Shown piece by piece: positions 59,530 through 64,000 of a stretch of DNA of 64,000 nucleotides (its first letter is position 1; the number at the start of each line of letters is the position of its first letter). Position numbers and translations under genes: made by a program. Under the pieces are notes generated by a model. That model had not been told where the DNA came from, did not search any database, and saw only the letters and a list, made by a program, of their open reading frames with translations. Source of the stretch: Mobula hypostoma (lineage: Eukaryota); NCBI RefSeq assembly GCF_963921235.1, contig NC_086106.1, positions 20,956,001-21,020,000 on the forward strand, given 5' to 3'.

Positions 59530-60378
59530 CTTCCCCGAGACACACTTACAACAGTTTAGGCATCCTGGCACTTATCATTGTCAGCGCAGCAAGTGCTACA
59601 CATGCCCATACACTTCCTCCCTTACTAATATTCAGGGCCCCAGACAGTCCTTCGAGATGAGGCGACACTTCACCTCTGAGTCGGCGGGGGTGATATACTG
59701 CGTCCGGTGCTCCTTATGCGGCCTTCTATATATTGGCGACACCCGACGCAGACTGGGAGATCGTTTCGCTGAACACGGTCTGTCCGCCAGAGAAAGCAGG
59801 ATCTCCCAGTGACCACACATTTTAATTCCACATCCCATTCCCATTCTGATATGTCTATCGACTGCCTCCTCTATCGTAAAGATGAAGCCACACTCAGATC
59901 GGAGCAACAACAACCTGTATTCCTTTTCTGTAGCCTCCAACCTGATGGCATGAACTTTGACTTCTGAAACTTCGCTAATGCCCCACCACCCCTCGAAACG
60001 CATCCGTTATTTCTTTATTTATTTTTACACATTATATTTCTCTCTCTCCTATTTATCCCTATGTCCCTCTCACTATACCCCTTGCCCATCCTCTGGGCTC
60101 CCCCCCCTCCCCTTTTTCCCTTCTCCCTGGGCCTCCCGTCCCAGGATCCTCTCATATCCCCTTTGCCAATGAACTGTCCAGCTCTTGGTTCCATCCCTCC
60201 CCCTCCTGTCTTTTCGTATCGTTTCGGATTTCCCCCTGCCCCTCCCACTTTCAAATCTCTTAGCAGCTCTTCTTTTAGTTTGTCTTGACGAAGGGTCTCG
60301 GCCCTAAACGTCGACTGTACCTCTTCCTAGAGATGCTGCCTGGCCTGCTACGTTCACCAGCAACTTTTGTGTGTGTTG
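59530..60378 (+). mobile_element. Penelope-like element 3' end (GIY-YIG endonuclease plus terminus with a mutated hammerhead)
   Basis: FTSESAGVIYCVRCSLCGLLYIGDTRRRLGDRFAEH. Terminus TTGACGA..CCCTAAACGTCGACT has core changes. This links the hairpin family to PLEs. Confidence 0.9.
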
Positions 60379-60759
60379 CAGTAGTTTAGACTGTGGTGTG
60401 ATGGTGTGGTGTTAATGTTGGCAGTATCTTTCTTGGATTACCCTGCCTCTACCAGCCTACAAACAATGCCCCCCTAGCGATTCCCTTACTGTCATGCCCA
60501 GTAATGGCTCCAGGCCTGCCATTGCGATCCCCAAACAATGGCTGTATCATTTTCTTCCGTAGATATTTTCACAATGTGCAACGAAACGGTAGTGAATTTA
60601 TACCTACAGTTATGTTTTAGTTTCAGCCGCTTCTTACATGATGAGCAGACACTGAGCAGAGCACTGGTCAATCAGGGAGAAGACGTACCTTTATTTCTTT
60701 CAGGAGCGGGGATGGTTTAGGGGATTGTGGAGCGGAGGTGAAGCGGCTGTTGCGGTACG

Positions 60760-61230
60760 TGGCTACAGCTTATTTTGCACCGATGGGTATATTTTTCCCA
60801 ATCCATGCTGCCCCGTATCCCAGACCGTTCACTATGGTCTGATATTGTCACCCGACTCCTCATCTGTGCTGGTCCTTGTGACCGAGTAGTTGTCCGATGA
60901 GTCCTCCTTACTTTGCCTCCCGTCGTCGGACGCCAGTATTGTCGTCTCCTCCCGACCACAGTGCCGCTGCTGCCTGGCCTCCGGTTCCGGAGGTGCTAGT
61001 GGCCACCCCGGTTCCGGTGGTACTGCCTGGACGCCACTGGCTATCATTATTGTTACAGTGTTTTGTCTTTTGCATATTGGTTGTTGGTACGTTTTGCTGG
61101 TTCGGACTTTCATTGATTCTATTGTCTTTCTGGGATTGCTTTGTATACCCGCAAGAAAACGATTCTGACGTTTTTTTTATGGTGACGTACATGGTCATTG
61201 ATAATTCATGCATTTCGAAATTTGAATAAA
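60760..61230 (+). mobile_element. LINE 3' end/tail
   Basis: Decayed ..TGPSGSLFLPTAI-like coding end, then TTTTGCATATTGGTTG...GCAAGAAAA..ATGGTGAC.TA...GATAAT tail-like sequence. Confidence 0.55.
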
Positions 61231-61455
61231 CGCCTCTGGGCAAAATATACCACGTGATATAATTAACTGATACGCCAAACATGTTATGGCAGTCTTGCTG
61301 CGAGAGAAAATACTTGACCTGTGTAGTTGCTGCAACTTTAAACGTTGCACACAGCAGAACATTCGTGGCGATTGAAGTTTTGCCGCAAAACAAATTTCTG
61401 AACAATGCAATTTTCGCAAAACATGGACCTGGGCTGAAGTGGTTTTACAGAGTAA

Positions 61456-61486
<31 letters not shown>

Positions 61487-62499
61487 AATTATTGAGCTAT
61501 TGTACCAAAATAAATCAAATTGGCGCACTTCAAAGATGTGAAGCCTATCAATTTCATAGAAGGTATCTGATATGACTAGATTTTTTCTGTCATTTTTTCT
61601 GTTCTTTTTTTATATTTGCTGTTTGTAGAACCTGTCGGTTTTTTGCTATAATTTCCATTTTATGTTACGCACTTTGTTCCTGATTGCTTATTTCTTCTTG
61701 TTTTCTGTTACATGATTGATGGTCTGGCAACTTTGCAAACTTCCAAAGGCAACAGCATTAATTCCGTGAGATAATTAAGCCAAGCTCAAACAAGTAAAGC
61801 CCGTGCTACTGGAACTTGCAGATCAGTAAAATATGTAGCTGCTTCAAACTTTAACGTCACAAATCTCCACCATTTCAATACACACAGATTTCTGACGAAT
61901 ACTGAAAGTCATGCAAATAGAAGAGACAAGTTTCGAAAATTATGAGGACATAGTCTGGTATTGTGTTACAAAGCAAACTTATTTCAACATCTAATGTGAT
62001 GACATGGTTTGAGACTTTGCATCTGAAGGTCAATTCGAGTTCATACGTTAATGCATGTTTTTTCTGCGTGTATGAAAATATATCTTCAATGTTTCTATTA
62101 TGGTTGTCATTATACAAAGACTTCACTGGCACACATCACAAATGTTAAATCTGTTTCCTTTTCAATGGAGGTACCTGGCATGATTTTATTGTTTCTATAT
62201 TTCTATTTTTTTTTCTTCATTTCAGAGCTATAGTACCTCTAATTATTATTTCATTTTTTTAATTTCATTGTACAGAACTTGGTGTTCCTCAGTGGGATCC
62301 TGTTGGAGAGATAAGCAAGAGCAGCTGTCGGACCGTTGTCGCTGGGTCTCAGCATGATAGTCAACCAGATTACTGCAAAACTCCCTTTAATCTGCGGGTT
62401 TGATAGTTGGTCAGTATCGGTGCGCAGAGAGCGTAGAGTACTGTGTTAAGTAGCAGTATGTTTGGAATTCGAGATAGGACTATTTAATTCAAGACGATT

Positions 62500-63960
62500 A
62501 ATGTCCCGCTTTCATTTAGCAATTAAAAGATACAGAGCAGGCAGAAGACCAGAGAGTGAGGTCCAAGAGGAGGAGGAGTGATGACGGGAGAAGGACTCAT
62601 CGGAGTGGAAAAGAGTGTCTTATCCAAAGCAGTAGGTCGGAGGTGTAGGCGGCAAAAGTAAAACGCAGCGTCATGGCGGGCGCGGAACTCACCGAAGTGT
62701 GTGCGCAGGGGATAAATGTAGGACACATACGGAGAATAGAACGTTTTCCCTCAGTGAGAGAAAGATCAGAGAGAATGTTGAAGGCCCGGCTCGGATCAGA
62801 TGGGGGAAGGGCGTTGGTACTGTCAGAGCAGAGGGGAGGGTTGGGATGTTACGGTCAGGTAAGGTGAGTGGAAGATGGAATCTCCGAGGACCCAAGAGCT
62901 AGCGATGGACACTGAGAGACATAGGATTGCAGAGTCGTGGCGGGGGAAATGAAGCAGTGGGATCCACCGGCAGCCCATAATGACCCAGCTTGGAAGTGCG
63001 CTGTCAAGGCAATTATCGGAGTTGCATCTAGTGCAATCAGCTCTTTGAAGGTGCCGGAGTTTGTTGAAATTTGTATTGATGACGGTGGGTTCTAGGGTTT
63101 GAATCTACTCGGGATCCTTAAAACTGTTCAGGTCGGCAGCGTAGGTCACGTTCTGGGGACGTCCGTGCTTGCCAGAGTCGGAGACGGCAGGTTATGAAGT
63201 TTGTAGAGGGGCCATCTTTGGATCCTTGTAGGACGTGAGGAAGTCAAATAACCGGCGATTGAAAAAATTGGATCCCTCGTAGGATAAAGGAGTGTAGTGG
63301 TCCATCGCCGGCAGCGGAGGGACAACCTCAGAGTTGCGGAGGTGACTGAGATAGGGACTCCCGATATATCCTCATGGCGGAATGGGTGGTGCGTAGAGCG
63401 CGGTACTAGAAACAGCAGGAAAAGCAGTCAATTGAATGTAAGTTCCTGGCGTTCTCAGAGGGTCCGAATCGGGAGGCTTCTAAAGGGAGCTGGAAGATAT
63501 GTGGTACAAGCTGACAGCGAAGACGTTTGCAGTCGGGTACGGTGCTGTGGTAGCAGGCCTGGGTGAGTACGCTGTCAAAGTGTTGGAGGTCAGCAGAGGT
63601 ACAAAAAGGGAGCAGTGAGAAAGGGTTTCGCTGAACTTCCGTCGAAGGTAACATGTGAAATTCTTCATAGTAGATATCGCTGGAAGTGACTTCACAGCGT
63701 AGTAGTGCAATCACGACCAAAATAAAATCTGCAAATGCTGGAAATTCAACCAACACCCACAGAAAGCTGTAGTTACTCAGCATGCCAGGCAACATATATG
63801 GAAATGAATTTGGTCGACGTTTGGCGCCGTGACCCTTTTTCGGAAAAAAAAGATGGGAAGCAAGAGTAAGAAAGTGGACGGAGGGAAGGAAGACCCACAA
63901 GGTGTTAGGTAAAACAAGAAGGGGAAGAGAAGTGAAGCGAAGTGCGAGGAATCTGATTGA
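62500..63960 (-). mobile_element. Penelope-like element 5' part (terminus and ORF N-terminus)
   Basis: LTEGKRSIL....TFIP and LR.HFGEFRARHDA..YF.RL.LR are PLE ORF N-terminal motifs. Degenerate hammerhead-type terminus near 63810-63840. Confidence 0.75.
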
Positions 63961-64000
63961 TTAAAGGGATACGGGCCTGGAGAACGCAGAATCGTTTGGG

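Noticed and set aside
60890-61229. ORFs with TM-like stretches ending ..PARKRF
   Set aside because: They overlap a T-rich LINE 3' tail, which generates hydrophobic translations by composition.

Overview
Vertebrate nuclear DNA, not prokaryotic, so no operons or CRISPR arrays. The repeat content plus RAG-type V gene segments point to a cartilaginous fish, probably a ray (inference). Most of the window is decayed transposable elements: CR1 and Rex1/L2-type LINEs, an L1-type 3' end, Penelope-like elements (PLEs), Sushi-like Ty3/Gypsy elements and solo LTRs, one Tc1 transposon and a V-SINE. There are three N-gaps. Within this lie two related antigen-receptor V gene segments about 25 kb apart that point away from each other. 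V1 (5635-5932, minus) is open-frame. V2 (30857-31157, plus) is frameshifted. Each is followed by a heptamer, a 22-nt spacer and a nonamer (RSS). No D, J or intact C exon was found by eye, which fits a sparse translocon-type locus (TCR alpha/delta-like region with VH-like V segments) better than a compact shark IgH/IgL cluster. A second notable signal is a set of PLE termini carrying minimal hammerhead ribozymes, including two short fold-back (palindromic) insertions flanked by 13-14 bp target-site duplications. All calls are by-eye motif recognition, no database search was run, and repeat boundaries are approximate unless termini are quoted.
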